Source: Paramoeba atlantica (taxonomy: Eukaryota; Protista; Discosea). Taken from it: DNA of 64,000 nt. Position numbers and translations under genes: made by a program. The notes under the pieces are model-generated. The model was not told where the DNA came from. It was given only the letters and a program-made list of their open reading frames with translations, and ran no database searches. This document shows, one piece after another, positions 22,747-33,657 of this stretch (position 1 is the first letter of the stretch; each line of letters starts with the position of its first letter). Location of the stretch: NCBI GenBank assembly GCA_977017575.1, contig CDRNVI010000063.1:62001-126000 (forward strand), written 5' to 3'.

Positions 22747-23157
22747 CACCAAAAAAAATCCAAATCATTCCGGATTGCTCCGGATGGTCACTGGCAAGCC
22801 AGACCCATCACAGACAGATTTGGAAGTTCCGAGGCCGACGTCCTCTACCAGTTTCCGCTTGTCCAAGGCGGCACCAACGTGCTGTTGCCAACACGCTGCG
22901 CCGACGAACTGTACGTCACACGGCTTACCCAAGAGGTGTAAGCCGGGTAAGGGAGCTGGTTCCCTGAGGGGAGGGTCCGGGACGGTCCTCCGAGTACTGG
23001 GCCTAGTCGGTTATCAGCCCAGCCTCTTAGAGTGAGGCCGCCAGGAATATTGCGATGAGCGGGTTTGAACTCGCCGTCTGAGCACCATGTGCTTCAAACT
23101 TTGAATTCTTGCCACTCCGCCACCTCCGCCCTAAAGATAGGGCCCTAAAGATAGATA

Positions 23158-24005
23158 CACCCCTGTCCAGCTTCATTTACCTCCCCCCTACAGGTCTTGT
23201 ATTTTGTTCGATTTTGGAAATATTTGGTATGGGACTGTTTTTCGACCCAATCGTCTCGAATGCGCTGTCCTTTTCACTCGAGCGACCTTTTTTCTTCCGA
23301 GACCTTAAAAGTTTCGTCGAAAATCCCGTTTTTCTTTTGCCCACCCTAAAAAAATCCAATTTTTTTACATTTTTTCCTTAATGGTCAAGAGATATCGAAA
23401 TTCCTCTCCCAAATCAGCGCATTCCACCGGAAAGGCGAACACTGATCATAGCACGGTACTAGGAACTAAAATCCTTACGTGCTGTAGCTAATGAGCTAAA
23501 AATCTCCAGGAATGGAGTAAGATATTGGGTGCGGCACTTTGAAAAGCACCAACACGGTACCACCCCACCTCGCAAAAAACGTCGTACGGTAGTTACCAAG
23601 CGCTACCGTCGTACGTGTGTCAAGGTGTGCCGCCAATTAAAGAAGCAAAACCCCGAAGGAACGACCATTAGCCACGTTGCACGCGTGGTTACTAGTTCTC
23701 ACGGTGGTTCGCGACAAAGCGTTACCCGAGCCTTAGATTTACAAGGCTACGGGAAAATTCGCAAAGAGCGTGATGTCGGGCTTACCCCTACGCACGTGAA
23801 GAAACGGCTTATTTTTGCGTGTAAACTTCTTAAATGGAGTGATGCGAAGTTAGCACGTATTGTATTCACGGACGAAAAGCTGTTTACTTGTTCCCTCGGT
23901 TCCCGCGAAAACCATTATGTTGATAAAAGGGGGGCGAAAAAATTAAGGCAGTCTCCCAGACAGAAAAAGTTTTTTGGGGGGAAAGGTATCATGGTATTCT
24001 TTCTC
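23158..24005 (+). mobile_element. Tc1/mariner element, left part (transposase pseudogene about 23381-24005)
   Basis: TA|CACCCC left end; HTH SLRAVANELKISRNGVRYWV, IVFTDEKLF (first D), GKGIMVF; frameshift, TAG and truncation before the second D. Confidence 0.75.
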
Positions 24006-24204
24006 TCCAATTAATGTCCGTCACATGCTTTCCATCTTCACAAATAACACCATCCCACTTACATGCAGCGGTAGATGTGTTCCATGACGGATGTGGATTC
24101 TTGATGCCTGAAATTAATCGTGCAAGTTCGTACTCTTGTGGCAGGCATGCTTCTCTAACTTTTGCAGCTCGTCGAATTTGTGCATTCGAGTCTGTATCAT
24201 CCAT
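24005..24204 (-). pseudogene. LRR family N-terminal fragment (member 5), close copy of 16340-16515
   Basis: RAAKVREACLPQEYELARL..NPHPSW..WDGVICEDGKHVTDINW, cut at the junction with the Tc1 fragment. Confidence 0.8.
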
Positions 24205-24406
24205 TATGTAAAATGTAAACGAAAACATCTTTCGATGTATGCATTATGTACTCTACACTGGACCTACCTACATGTTATTTATACCTACGTTATATTTATA
24301 ATTTAAAAAAAAGTCCTTGTAATCAAGGTGAACGCCTGGTTGCAGAATACGTTGGCACTTGAATTATTCACTTTCTTTTTCTTACTCAAGTTAAACCCAA
24401 CATGCA

Positions 24407-25207
24407 CTACCTTGCGGGGTTCATCGTAATATTTGTATTCGTGAGTTCAAGTATCAGTCCTTCTGGCAGAAGCCTTCTATCAAGCACACTACGCAACCCC
24501 ACGTTGTTTTCCAAATCAAGTTGCACCAACGTTCGTGGGAGAACCTCCAACGCGACCTCACCTTCGAAACGGTTATTCCCCAGCATCACCGTACACATCC
24601 CCCTCGGGAGTTTCCCCAAATCCAACGCTCCACGAAAAAAATTATCACTCAGGTCCAGGAATTGCAAACTCTGCGGCAACATCGTAAGATTCACTTCCCC
24701 CTCAAACCGATTCTGGCTGAGCCGCAAGTACGTCATATTCATCGGCAGCGCGTTGAGTTCCGCGGTGCCGTTAAATCGGTTCAGGGCGAGTTTGTACCGT
24801 TGCAACGGTGGTGGCAGTGCGGTGAGATCCACGCCCCCCTCCAGGGCGTTACTCTCCACACAGACGAAATGGAGGCTACAGGGGAGGTGGGCAAAGTGGA
24901 GCGCCCCGGAGAGCCCACGGAAGAACCACACAATCATGGTGAGCGCCCCGCTGGGGTCACAGCGGACCCCGTCCCAGGCACAGGCGGGGGTCGCGGTGTG
25001 CCACGTGGGGTGGGGGTTGTGGAGGTCCGCGGTGAGACGGGCGAGGTGGTACTCCGGAGGGAGGGTGCAGGGGGCGATTTTACCGACCCGGGCCCCGAGG
25101 GTAGGGTGTGGGATCTCGGAGGGTGCGGGAGGGGGGTGGTGGATTTTCCGACGTTTGTAAGGGGGGGAGAGACAGGGGGAGGAGGAGGGGTTGTGGGAGG
25201 AGGACAT
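24407..25207 (-). CDS. Leucine-rich repeat protein, member 6 (GC-rich)
   Basis: LPPEYHLARL..NPHPTW..ACAWDGVRC plus LRRs; start at MSSSHNPS; the longer upstream frame is a patchwork. Confidence 0.8.
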   Translation of the reverse strand: MSSSHNPSSSPCLSPPYKRRKIHHPPPAPSEIPHPTLGARVGKIAPCTLPPEYHLARLTADLHNPHPTWHTATPACAWDGVRCDPSGALTMIVWFFRGLSGALHFAHLPCSLHFVCVESNALEGGVDLTALPPPLQRYKLALNRFNGTAELNALPMNMTYLRLSQNRFEGEVNLTMLPQSLQFLDLSDNFFRGALDLGKLPRGMCTVMLGNNRFEGEVALEVLPRTLVQLDLENNVGLRSVLDRRLLPEGLILELTNTNITMNPAR

Positions 25208-25271
25208 GTTGTGGGGGGACGAAAGGTGTGGGGAAGAAAAATAGATGGGAGGTGAGAACATGAAGAGGTGG

Positions 25272-25470
25272 GGAGACGGAAAGCCGTTTCCTTCCACGTG
25301 AAATAGAGTAACAGTTGAAGAGCAACAGTTGAGAGTAACAGCCCTAGGAATATTTACCAAATCTAATTTACCGTTTTCTTTCATCTCACCTAAATAATGA
25401 TCCAATACAGCAATATCCCATCGAATTTGAGTTACCTCGCCCTTCGTATTGCATTTGCAATATTTGTACA
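25272..25470 (-). pseudogene. Duplicated fragment of the LRR gene at 29243-30958
   Basis: Matches 30566-30725 (CNTKGEVT.IRWDI.VL..YLGEMKENGKLDLVNIPR) with an internal microduplication. Confidence 0.8.
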
Positions 25471-25761
25471 TGAACAAGCGAAATGGGAAAATAAAAGCAA
25501 TAATGGCCTTAATTTCGGCCTCTGAAGATGAGCTGACGAAGTACAAGTGCGTGGTGTTATTACGGGACGGTTTAATTACGGGACGGGTATTTAAGGGACG
25601 ATATAGGGATGGGGTCATGCCTTTGTAGTGGGACAAAAGAACTACAACTGTTGCGCCCAAGTCACAGAGCGCCCAAGTTATCAGGCACATATAAAAATGT
25701 ACTTGTCAGATAGGTGAATCAAAAGGAGATATAGAAGGGAAAATACCTAAAAGAAAAAGTA

Positions 25762-25871
25762 CAGTAGGGCCTTGGAAAAAGGAGAATTAAGTGACGGTTA
25801 ATTTCGGGACACTTTGGCCTTGATGGGGGGTGTCCCTTAATTAACCCGTCCCGGAATAAAGCCCCGCACTG
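25762..25871. mobile_element. 110-bp MITE with CAGT ends and TA duplication
   Basis: TA|CAGTAGGGC...GCCCCGCACTG|TA; internal inverted repeat GACGGTTAATTTCGGGACAC / GTGTCCCTTAATTAACCCGTC. Confidence 0.6.
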
Positions 25872-26154
25872 TAAATAATTTTAATATTCAGGCTGCTTTT
25901 CAAAACGATTAAAATTTCGGGGAAAAAAGGAGCGATTGGCCCACGACTGAACACGGGAACACCGTCTAAAATTGACAAGCACAAGCAAAGTTTGGCTTGC
26001 GGACAGTAAACCGTCTATCTGTGTCTAGTATATCTGCGTCTAGTATATAGCTATGTCTAGCTTCGCGGCCCCCATTTTTATCCTTTCACATTATTTTCCA
26101 CGTACCCCCCCTTTAAAAGGGCATTTTGCCCAAAATCGGAGTCCTATTAAACTC

Positions 26155-26965
26155 TATTACTCTCTCACGTGCCGCTGCATCTACACTACGTTCACTGCCT
26201 CACGTGGCAGTGCACTTACTCTCTCACGCGCCACTGCATCTACACTGCGTTCACTGCCTCACGTGGAAGTACACTTACTCTCGCACGTGCCACTGCAGCT
26301 ACAGTGCAGTCACTTACTCTCTCACGCGCCACTGCGTTCACTGCCTCACGTGGCAGTACACTTACTCTTTCACGCCACTGCATCTACACTGCGTTCACTA
26401 CCTCACGTGGCAGTACACTTACTCTCTCAAGTGCCACTGCAGCCACATTGCATTACTGCAGTCAGTTCCTCACGTGGCAGTGCACTTACTCTCGCACGTG
26501 CCACTGCAGCTACACTGCAGTCACTTACTCTCTCACGCGCCACTGCATCTACACTGCGTTCACTGCCTCGCGTGGCAGTACACTTACTCTCTCACGCGCC
26601 ACTGCATCTACACTGCGTTCACTGCCTCACGTGGCAGTACACTTACTCTCGCACGTGCCACTGCAGCTACAGTGCAGTCACTTACTCTCTCACGCGCCAC
26701 TGCGTTCACTGCCTCACGTGGCAGTACACTTACTCTTTCACGCCACTGCATCTACACTGCGTTCACTACCTCACGTGGCAGTACACTTACTCTCTCAAGT
26801 GCCACTGCAGCCACATTGCATTACTGCAGTCAGTTCCTCACGTGGCAGTGCACTTACTCTCGCACGTGCCACTGCAGCTACACTGCAGTCACTTACTCTC
26901 TCACGCGCCACTGTATCTACACTGCGTTCACTGCCTCGCGTGGCAGTACACTTACTCTTTCACGT
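26155..26965 (+). repeat. Complex minisatellite with a 368-bp higher-order duplication
   Basis: Subunits CACGTGGCAGTACACTTACTCTC and CCACTGCATCTACACTGCGTTCA; marker motifs recur at 26281/26649 and 26441/26809. Confidence 0.9.
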
Positions 26966-27184
26966 ACCAATTTTTTTCATAGAGACCCGCTGAGAAAAAT
27001 TGAAATTTCCCAGGAGGGGGCAAGATCAACAACCGCCCCTGTATATACAAAATGCAAACCGCGTTTTTGGTGGCCAGCTGGCCACTTTTTCGAGAAAAAG
27101 TATCTGAAAAAAAAATTTGTTCCGAATTTGATTTTTTGGCGATCTTGAGCAAATATTTTTTTTTTCGATTTTTTTAGTAAAATA

Positions 27185-27262
27185 TCGATGTCGGGAATCG
27201 AACCGCGGACGTTCAGCGTCAAAATGGAGCCCCTTTTGCCAACTGGACTACTCAAATGACGC
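27185..27262 (-). other. tRNA-like element (A- and B-boxes) in the left foldback arm
   Basis: Minus strand TAGTCCAGTTGG...TTTTGAC...GGTTCGATTCC then TTTT; anticodon and T stems do not pair. Confidence 0.55.
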
Positions 27263-27755
27263 TCCTTAGTCAACCAGTTTGTCGTATCGCAGACCTTTGC
27301 ACACGCACTTTGTTCTACGAAAAATGTTCTAAAATTTGGGAAATAAGGTTGTTTTAGTTGATTTTTAGAGTATTTAAGAGTTCATCTAATGACCTACTGC
27401 TACGTTTTGGAATTTTGAAAAATCCCGATCTTATGATTCTTTGGTGATTTTTTTCACTTTTTGGAATTAACCTTAGTAAGCGAGTTAGATACTCCGTATC
27501 TCCCTCAATGACTTTAGAACACAAAGTCTACAATACTGAGTATAAATCTGCTTTACCATTTTTATTTCTGTCAAAAAAACCGAAAAACGAAAACCAAAAG
27601 TCACAAAGGAATAGCAAAAACTTTGAGTACCTGTAGGTTTCTGTGAATCGCTGTGAGTCACTGTAAGTATTTTTTTGCGACGAAAAAGTTTTTTTTCTTA
27701 AAAAAAAGTGCGTGTGCAAAGGTCTGTGATACGACAAACTGGTTGACTAAGGAGC

Positions 27756-27835
27756 GTCATTTGAGTAGTCCAGTTGGTAAAGGGGTTCCGTTTTGACGCT
27801 GGACGTCCGCGGTTCGATTCCGGACATCGACATTT
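27756..27835 (+). other. tRNA-like element (A- and B-boxes) in the right foldback arm
   Basis: TAGTCCAGTTGG A-box, GGTTCGATTCC B-box, then TTTT; inverted copy of 27185-27262. Confidence 0.55.
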
Positions 27836-28019
27836 TACTAACAAAATCGAAAAAAAAAATATTTGCTCAAGATCGCCAAAAAAACAAATTCGGAACAATT
27901 TTTTCAGATTTTTTCTCTCTCGAAAAAGTGGCCAGCTGGCCACCAAAAACACGGTTTGCATTTTGTATATACATAAAGAGAAAAATAATGAGCAGGTCCG
28001 AGTGGTAGTGTGCAGCTAC

Positions 28020-28355
28020 AGTACCCGTGAGAGAGTAAGTGCACTGCCACGTGAGGCAGTGGTTGAACAGTGATGCAGTGCAGCTGCAGTGGCACGTTCG
28101 AGAGTAAGTGCACTGCGGCGTGAGGAAGTGACTGTAGTGATGCAGTGCAGCTGCATCACGTACGTGAAAGAGTAAATGTACTGCCACGTGAGGCAGTGAA
28201 CGCAGTGTAGATACAGTGGCGCGTGAGAGTCAGTGACTGCACTGTAGCTGCAGTGGCACGTGCGAGAGTAGGTGCGGCGTGAGGAAGTGACTGCAGTAAT
28301 GCAATGTAGCCGCAATGGCGCTTGATAGAGTAAGTGTACTGCCACGTGAGACAGT
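28020..28355 (-). repeat. Inverted, more degenerate copy of the 26155-26965 minisatellite
   Basis: GAGAGTAAGTGCACTGCCACGTGAGGCAGTG units are reverse complements of the left array. Confidence 0.85.
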
Positions 28356-28384
28356 GACTGTATTCCAAATCCAAAAAAAAATCC

Positions 28385-28585
28385 ATGTTGTGGATGTGAA
28401 ATGCCATGTTGTGGAAAGGTGGTCAGCTGGCCATCTCGTGGAAGAGTGGCCAGCTGGCCATGTTGTGGAAGGTTGACCAGCTGGCCATGTTGTGGAAGGT
28501 TGACCAGCTGGCCATGTTGTGAAAGAGTGGCCAGCTGGCCATGTTGTTGAAGGGTGGCCAGCTGGCCATGTTGTGAAAGAGTGGC
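28385..28585 (+). repeat. Tandem array of about 27-bp units with CCAGCTGG/TGGCCAGCTGGCCA palindromes
   Basis: CCAGCTGGCCATGTTGTGGAAGG repeated about 6-7 times. Confidence 0.85.
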
Positions 28586-28690
28586 CGCCGGGCGGGCCCT
28601 TCAAAAAAAAGATTTCAGAAGCTTGCTTCCTTCAAAATTACCGCCCCCGCGACAGCGGGTCTGCACCGCCTCGAAGGGCCCGCCGTATAT

Positions 28691-28868
28691 CCCAGATTGA
28701 AAGGGGCGAGGGAGATATGAAGCAACAGGCGTGGCAGATTCCCTGCACGAGTTTGTCTCCGAGGTAGCAAGCGCAAAGACGTTTCTCACGCGGGGAGATA
28801 TCATTTCTTTTGAGTGGGAATCTGCCACGTCTGTTGCTTCGTATCTCCCTCGCCCCTTTCAATCTGGG
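28691..28868. repeat. 53-bp inverted repeat with 72-nt loop (hairpin or MITE)
   Basis: Arms 28691-28743 and 28816-28868 differ at two positions. Confidence 0.85.
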
Positions 28869-29242
28869 TTATAACGAAAAAGAAAACTTGTATTAATATT
28901 TATAGAAATTAATGAGAATGTTTAGGCAAAAAGTCCTGATAAATAATCCTGCCTGATGGAAAAGCGTGATTTTTCTGCGATAAGCTATCGCGGAACGTGA
29001 GATCCAATGCCCTCTATCCGAGCTTTTCCTGTTTTTTTCTTCAAAAACATAATTATTTGAAAAACTATAATTTTTTTCGAAAAATTAGGAATGGCATTTA
29101 TAGAAATTAATGAGAAGAGGAGTATTCATTTCAAAGAAAAACTATTTACAAGAGGTGAATTAGATCACGGTGGAGGCAGGATACTTGTTCGAAATAAATA
29201 AATAAAAATCCTCAGACATTCGTTTCCCTATACAAGCTATGT

Positions 29243-30958
29243 TCAGCGATTTCGTACGATTTGAGTTCCGTTAGTATCCAAGTTAATGCTTTCGGGAAGT
29301 AACTTTTCATTCACACATCCTCGGAGTCCGGGGTTGTTATTCAAAAACAAATCATTTATGGACTCTGGCAAAAAACCAAGTTGTACAACCCCTTCGAAAA
29401 AGTTGTTGTTCAGCAGAAGAAACAGTAATCCATCGGGTAAGCTCGTTAGATCCAGGATTCCGGTAAAAGAATTGTAACTTAGATCAAAATGTTCTATATC
29501 TTTTTGTGACAAATTTCGTAGATCTATCGGACCGGAAAAATTATTGTGACCGGCATCAAATTCCGCCAAACGGTCAGGGAGAGCATCGAGATCAAGAGTC
29601 CCGTGGAACTGATTGTGAGCAATTCGAAATTTGAATAGTTGTGTATCTGATATCAGATCTAAGTCCAAAGAACAGGAAAAAGCATTACCACTGAGATCAA
29701 GCTCGTTCATTTCATCTGGAACGTCAAAGAGGTCTATGATCCCAGAAAGTTTATTGTGATCCAACTCAAGCCTAAATAAAGTATCTGGCAAAGTAGAAAA
29801 ATCAACGCTCCCAATAGAGTTGTGAGAGAGAGAAATATAGGTCAAGTTCTCTGGCAGATGCCCAACATCTAATGCTCCGGTAAAATTATTTTGACGGAGT
29901 TCCAACTCGTCAAGCGCGACTGGTAACTGATCTAAATTGAGGACTCCAGTGAATGAATTAATGTTTGCTTTTAATGAAGTCATTGAACCTGGAAGCTCGC
30001 TTAGATTGATTGCGCCCTCAAAACAATTGTTGGATAGATCAAACTCAAACAGTAGAGCAGGCAATGCACTAAAATCTATCTTTCCTGACAGTTTGTTGTC
30101 CGATACCTCGAGAGTACGTAGGCTGTCTGGCAAAGTACTAAGCTCCAATTTTCCTGAAAAGTAGTTACTTGATGCGTCAAAATATTTCAGAGTTTTTGGG
30201 AGCGAACGCAAGTCTAGATAGTTTTCGAATACATTTTCCGATAGTGACACGAGCTGTAATACACTGGGCAGATGAGAGATATCTACGGTACCCGTAAAAG
30301 CATTATTTCCGATATTCAAAAATTTCAGAGACTTTGGCAGTTCGCATAAATTCACAGTCCCTTCGAAGTCATTTTCTTCCAAATTAAGATCGGCTAGATT
30401 GACGGGCAAGTCACTTAAATCTGTGCTGCCGGTAAATGAGTTTTTCATTAGATCGATGGTTGTTAACGTAGAAGGCAAACACGTGAAATCAATTATACCT
30501 ATGAACCTGTTAAGAGTGAGGACTAGCTCAGTGAGATTGGGTGGCAGATATCGTAGATCGGCGGGCGACGAAAAGCCGTTTCCTCTCACGTGAAATATAG
30601 TAACAGTCCTAGGAATATTTACCAAATCCAATTTACCGTTTTCTTTCATCTCACCTAAGTAAAGAACCAACACATCAATATCCCATCGAATTTCAGTTAC
30701 CTCGCCCTTCGTATTGCATTGTATGCCTTTCCACTCGCATGCAGGTGTAGATATTTTCCATGACGAGTGAGGTTCGATTATTTCTGATACTAGTCGTTCA
30801 AGCGCATATTCTTGTGGTAGAATAGAGCCTTGAATCTTCCCGATCCGGGTATTACTGATTTCGCCATGAAATGCCTCAGTACTTGTAGTGCCAGTGTACA
30901 TCTTCCGACGCTTTGTGGGAGGTTGTCGATCATCACATAAATACGAAGCAAGTGTCAT
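29243..30958 (-). CDS. Long leucine-rich repeat protein, member 7 (about 20 repeats)
   Basis: LPQEYALERL..EPHSSW..ACEWKGIQC then regular LDLxxLPxxLxxLxLxxNxFxG repeats. Confidence 0.9.
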   Translation of the reverse strand: MTLASYLCDDRQPPTKRRKMYTGTTSTEAFHGEISNTRIGKIQGSILPQEYALERLVSEIIEPHSSWKISTPACEWKGIQCNTKGEVTEIRWDIDVLVLYLGEMKENGKLDLVNIPRTVTIFHVRGNGFSSPADLRYLPPNLTELVLTLNRFIGIIDFTCLPSTLTTIDLMKNSFTGSTDLSDLPVNLADLNLEENDFEGTVNLCELPKSLKFLNIGNNAFTGTVDISHLPSVLQLVSLSENVFENYLDLRSLPKTLKYFDASSNYFSGKLELSTLPDSLRTLEVSDNKLSGKIDFSALPALLFEFDLSNNCFEGAINLSELPGSMTSLKANINSFTGVLNLDQLPVALDELELRQNNFTGALDVGHLPENLTYISLSHNSIGSVDFSTLPDTLFRLELDHNKLSGIIDLFDVPDEMNELDLSGNAFSCSLDLDLISDTQLFKFRIAHNQFHGTLDLDALPDRLAEFDAGHNNFSGPIDLRNLSQKDIEHFDLSYNSFTGILDLTSLPDGLLFLLLNNNFFEGVVQLGFLPESINDLFLNNNPGLRGCVNEKLLPESINLDTNGTQIVRNR

Positions 30959-31036
30959 GTGTAGCTGAGTAACAAACTCCCTCTCTCTCTTTATGAAGAT
31001 GAATCCAAAAACGCCGTCGGATCAACGATTAAGGAA

Positions 31037-31128
31037 ATTGCGGTGGTTGTATAACTACCGCTCTACCCTCGAGTATTAAAAACAAAGTGAACAAAAACAG
31101 TGAAAATACAAAGAGGAATACAGTAATT
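31037..31128 (-). mobile_element. 3'-end fragment of the hairpin-ended element
   Basis: ATTGCGGTGGTTGTATAACTACCGCTCTACCCTCGA plus adjacent A-rich tract. Confidence 0.8.
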
Positions 31129-31139
31129 TATTATAATTT

Positions 31140-32020
31140 ATTGCGGTGGTTGTAAAACTACCGCTCTACACTCGATTATTGAAAAAAAAGTGAACAAAAA
31201 CAGTGAAAATATAAAGGGGAACACAGTAATATAATAAAAGAAAAAAATATAAAAGGGGGCTCCGGTGGACCAAAACTGAAAAAAAAAATTGAAAAAAATG
31301 GGGGGTCCATGGGGGGGGTCCAGGGGGGGGGTCATGGTCGAGCAAATTTTTTCGAAAAAATTAGCTTTCGAAAAAAAACCGCAGAAAGGGTAGCCGGGGT
31401 CTTGGCGCGCATTTTCCACCCCCCTACCCGGGGGTGACCCCCCCGCGTATCCGCAGGACGGGTCCGCCAAGTTCGGATTTTTTCCGAAAAATTTTTTTGA
31501 AAAAAATTTCAACTTGGCGAAAAAAATGACAAAAAAAATATTTTTCCGAAATCGTTTCCCCTATTGTATTTTGATAGTTTGGGACCTACACTAGCTTTCT
31601 CCGCAGTTGTTTTCGCAAGGTATCACTTCTTCGAACTGTGGTGCGCCCCTCAAAATGACCCATTTTTGACTAAAAAAGGTGAAAAAGTATTTTTCGGACC
31701 TAAAGGGGCATTTTTGTGTCGAAAGAATGGTATGGTTGGAGTCGTATTCTCTACCCAATACGTTCGGTAGGCTTTCATTCATGCCTACGAGTGATTTCCC
31801 ACGCGCAAATGTCGGATTTAGTGCTCTGAGAGCGAAAATACGCGAAAACCACCCCATTTTTACCCGAAATTCGGCTATTTTTGGCTATAATCTTTCCGTT
31901 TTCCAGGACAAATTTTCTTTTTTAGGCTCTTCGTTAAACGCGGTGGTAGTTTTCAACGCGAAGCGCGCAGCATGAGTGAGTCTAAGTTGAAAACAACCAC
32001 CGCGTTTAACGAAGAGCCTA
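31140..32020 (-). mobile_element. Hairpin-ended element, copy D (full length, interior type 2)
   Basis: Small hairpin end at 31140; 34-bp-arm hairpin at 31923-32020; highly similar to 55525-56425. Confidence 0.85.
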
Positions 32021-32619
32021 AAAAAGAAATAATAGAAGAAAAAAATATAAAAGGGGGCTCCGGTGGACCAAAAACTGAAAAAAATTAAAATGTCCATGGT
32101 GGATTGTCAATGTCAGTGCACCAAATTGTCATACTCAGAGCACCACAATTTATAGAATTATCATACTCAGTGCACCGAGAGGTACATTTTATCATAATTG
32201 AAATGATGAATATAACAAAAACATCAATGTCAGGTACCACCCCTGAATAAAAGGGGGATGTTTTCATAGGCTAGTGATCTTTTGGGTAGCGAGCTGACAG
32301 GAAGGCTAGCAAATGAGAACGGTTTCACTTATACCTAATAGGTTCTACTTGATAGGTAGCTGCCCACTACAGTAACCTTCATTTGCGGGTAACGGGATGG
32401 TCTTCTTGATGGGAACTGTTGACAAAATGTTGTTACAAAGGAGATGAAGTACGTTTATTTAAAACTATGAGATTGAAGAAAAGGCACATAAACAAAATTC
32501 GCACGTTTAAATTAACGAATCGTTTTTTGTTTTTGTTTTGCGATAGATTAAGTTCGGAACTGCACGTGCAACTGTGCTTGTTTCATGACATTAACCAATA
32601 ACGCGTGATCCGTGCACAA

Positions 32620-33218
32620 TCCTTTCTGTTGACGTGTAAGAGAATCTGCCGGATTGTGCAGCATCCTACCGAGAGTTGTGCCCAACGCTCACCGTTGGAT
32701 ACGCAATGTTTCCAATGCAATGTTTCCTCCACCCGCCAATACGTGATCCCTAGGAACGTGCCGGAAGATTGAGGTGGTTCCAGGCATTTCCACACAACAC
32801 ATCCTTTAGGTGGGGGCTTGGAGCAAGATTGCAATTTACGAAAGAGCTCCGTGAGAAATCCACCTCTATTAGAAACCACAAAAATATTATCATACCATAC
32901 AAACACAACGCCGATATTTTCCTCTTTGCTAATTTTTTGGAACCACGCATAAGAAGGAACTGTGCTCTTCCCTCCACCCACAAGCATCGGTTCGTACCCC
33001 TGCGGTAGGATGGTTCACACTATTGCCAAAATTAAGCACTGAGAGAAATATGGGCCCCAAGAAAACCCCATAGGTAGTACTTTAAGTGTGAAAACCGTAC
33101 CAGCGCATCGAACTGATACATAATTTTCTATTCTTGCGGGCAGGGGAATTTGGTGGAAGCCATGCCGCATATCTGCAGATAACATTTGTGCTTGTGATTT
33201 AGATTCGTTGAACCATTT
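32620..33218 (-). pseudogene. Reverse transcriptase fragment of a DIRS/VIPER/TATE-type retroelement
   Basis: One frame: DMRHGFHQIPL, VLPMGFSWGPYFSQ, WYDNIFV, TFLG; in-frame TGA at 33015-33017. Confidence 0.8.
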
Positions 33219-33559
33219 CTAATTCAGAACGGTTTTCTTCCATGTCAGTTTCATCATCGCTTTGATCATAAAGTTGTGCCACAGCGTCTTGTAGTTCTAA
33301 AATTTAAATTGGTGTTCAATAGGTTCAATACTCTGCGACATCATTTAAATTTTACGATGTAAGAAGATTTCATGGGGTAAAGTTAAAAACGCATGGGACA
33401 ACGTGGACAAGCTAAAAGTAACATAAAATATAGAATGTGCAACACGAGGTATTCCAAAACTCAAGAAAAGGAAATTATGCTCAATGTCGATAGCATAGTG
33501 TACTTCAATAGTTTGAGGATTTCCGAGAGAACTATAAATTCGAATTTATAACTTTGAAT

Positions 33560-33657
33560 CACTTATTCACCCCCCTTACTTCACCACCCCCCTTACTTCA
33601 CCACAAAGTACGAGTTTTGGACCGAAAAGTGGGGGCTAAGTAAGGGGGGGATAACGG
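33560..33657. mobile_element. Degenerate CCGT-ended MITE
   Basis: Right end ...TAAGGGGGGGATAACGG|TA; inverted CCCCCTTACTT copies at the left. Confidence 0.4.

Noticed and set aside
26053-27148. Long overlapping ORFs in three frames
   Set aside because: They are translations of a stop-poor minisatellite.
27756-27835. Functional tRNA-Gln(TTG) gene
   Set aside because: Acceptor, anticodon and T stems do not pair; only the A/B boxes are convincing.
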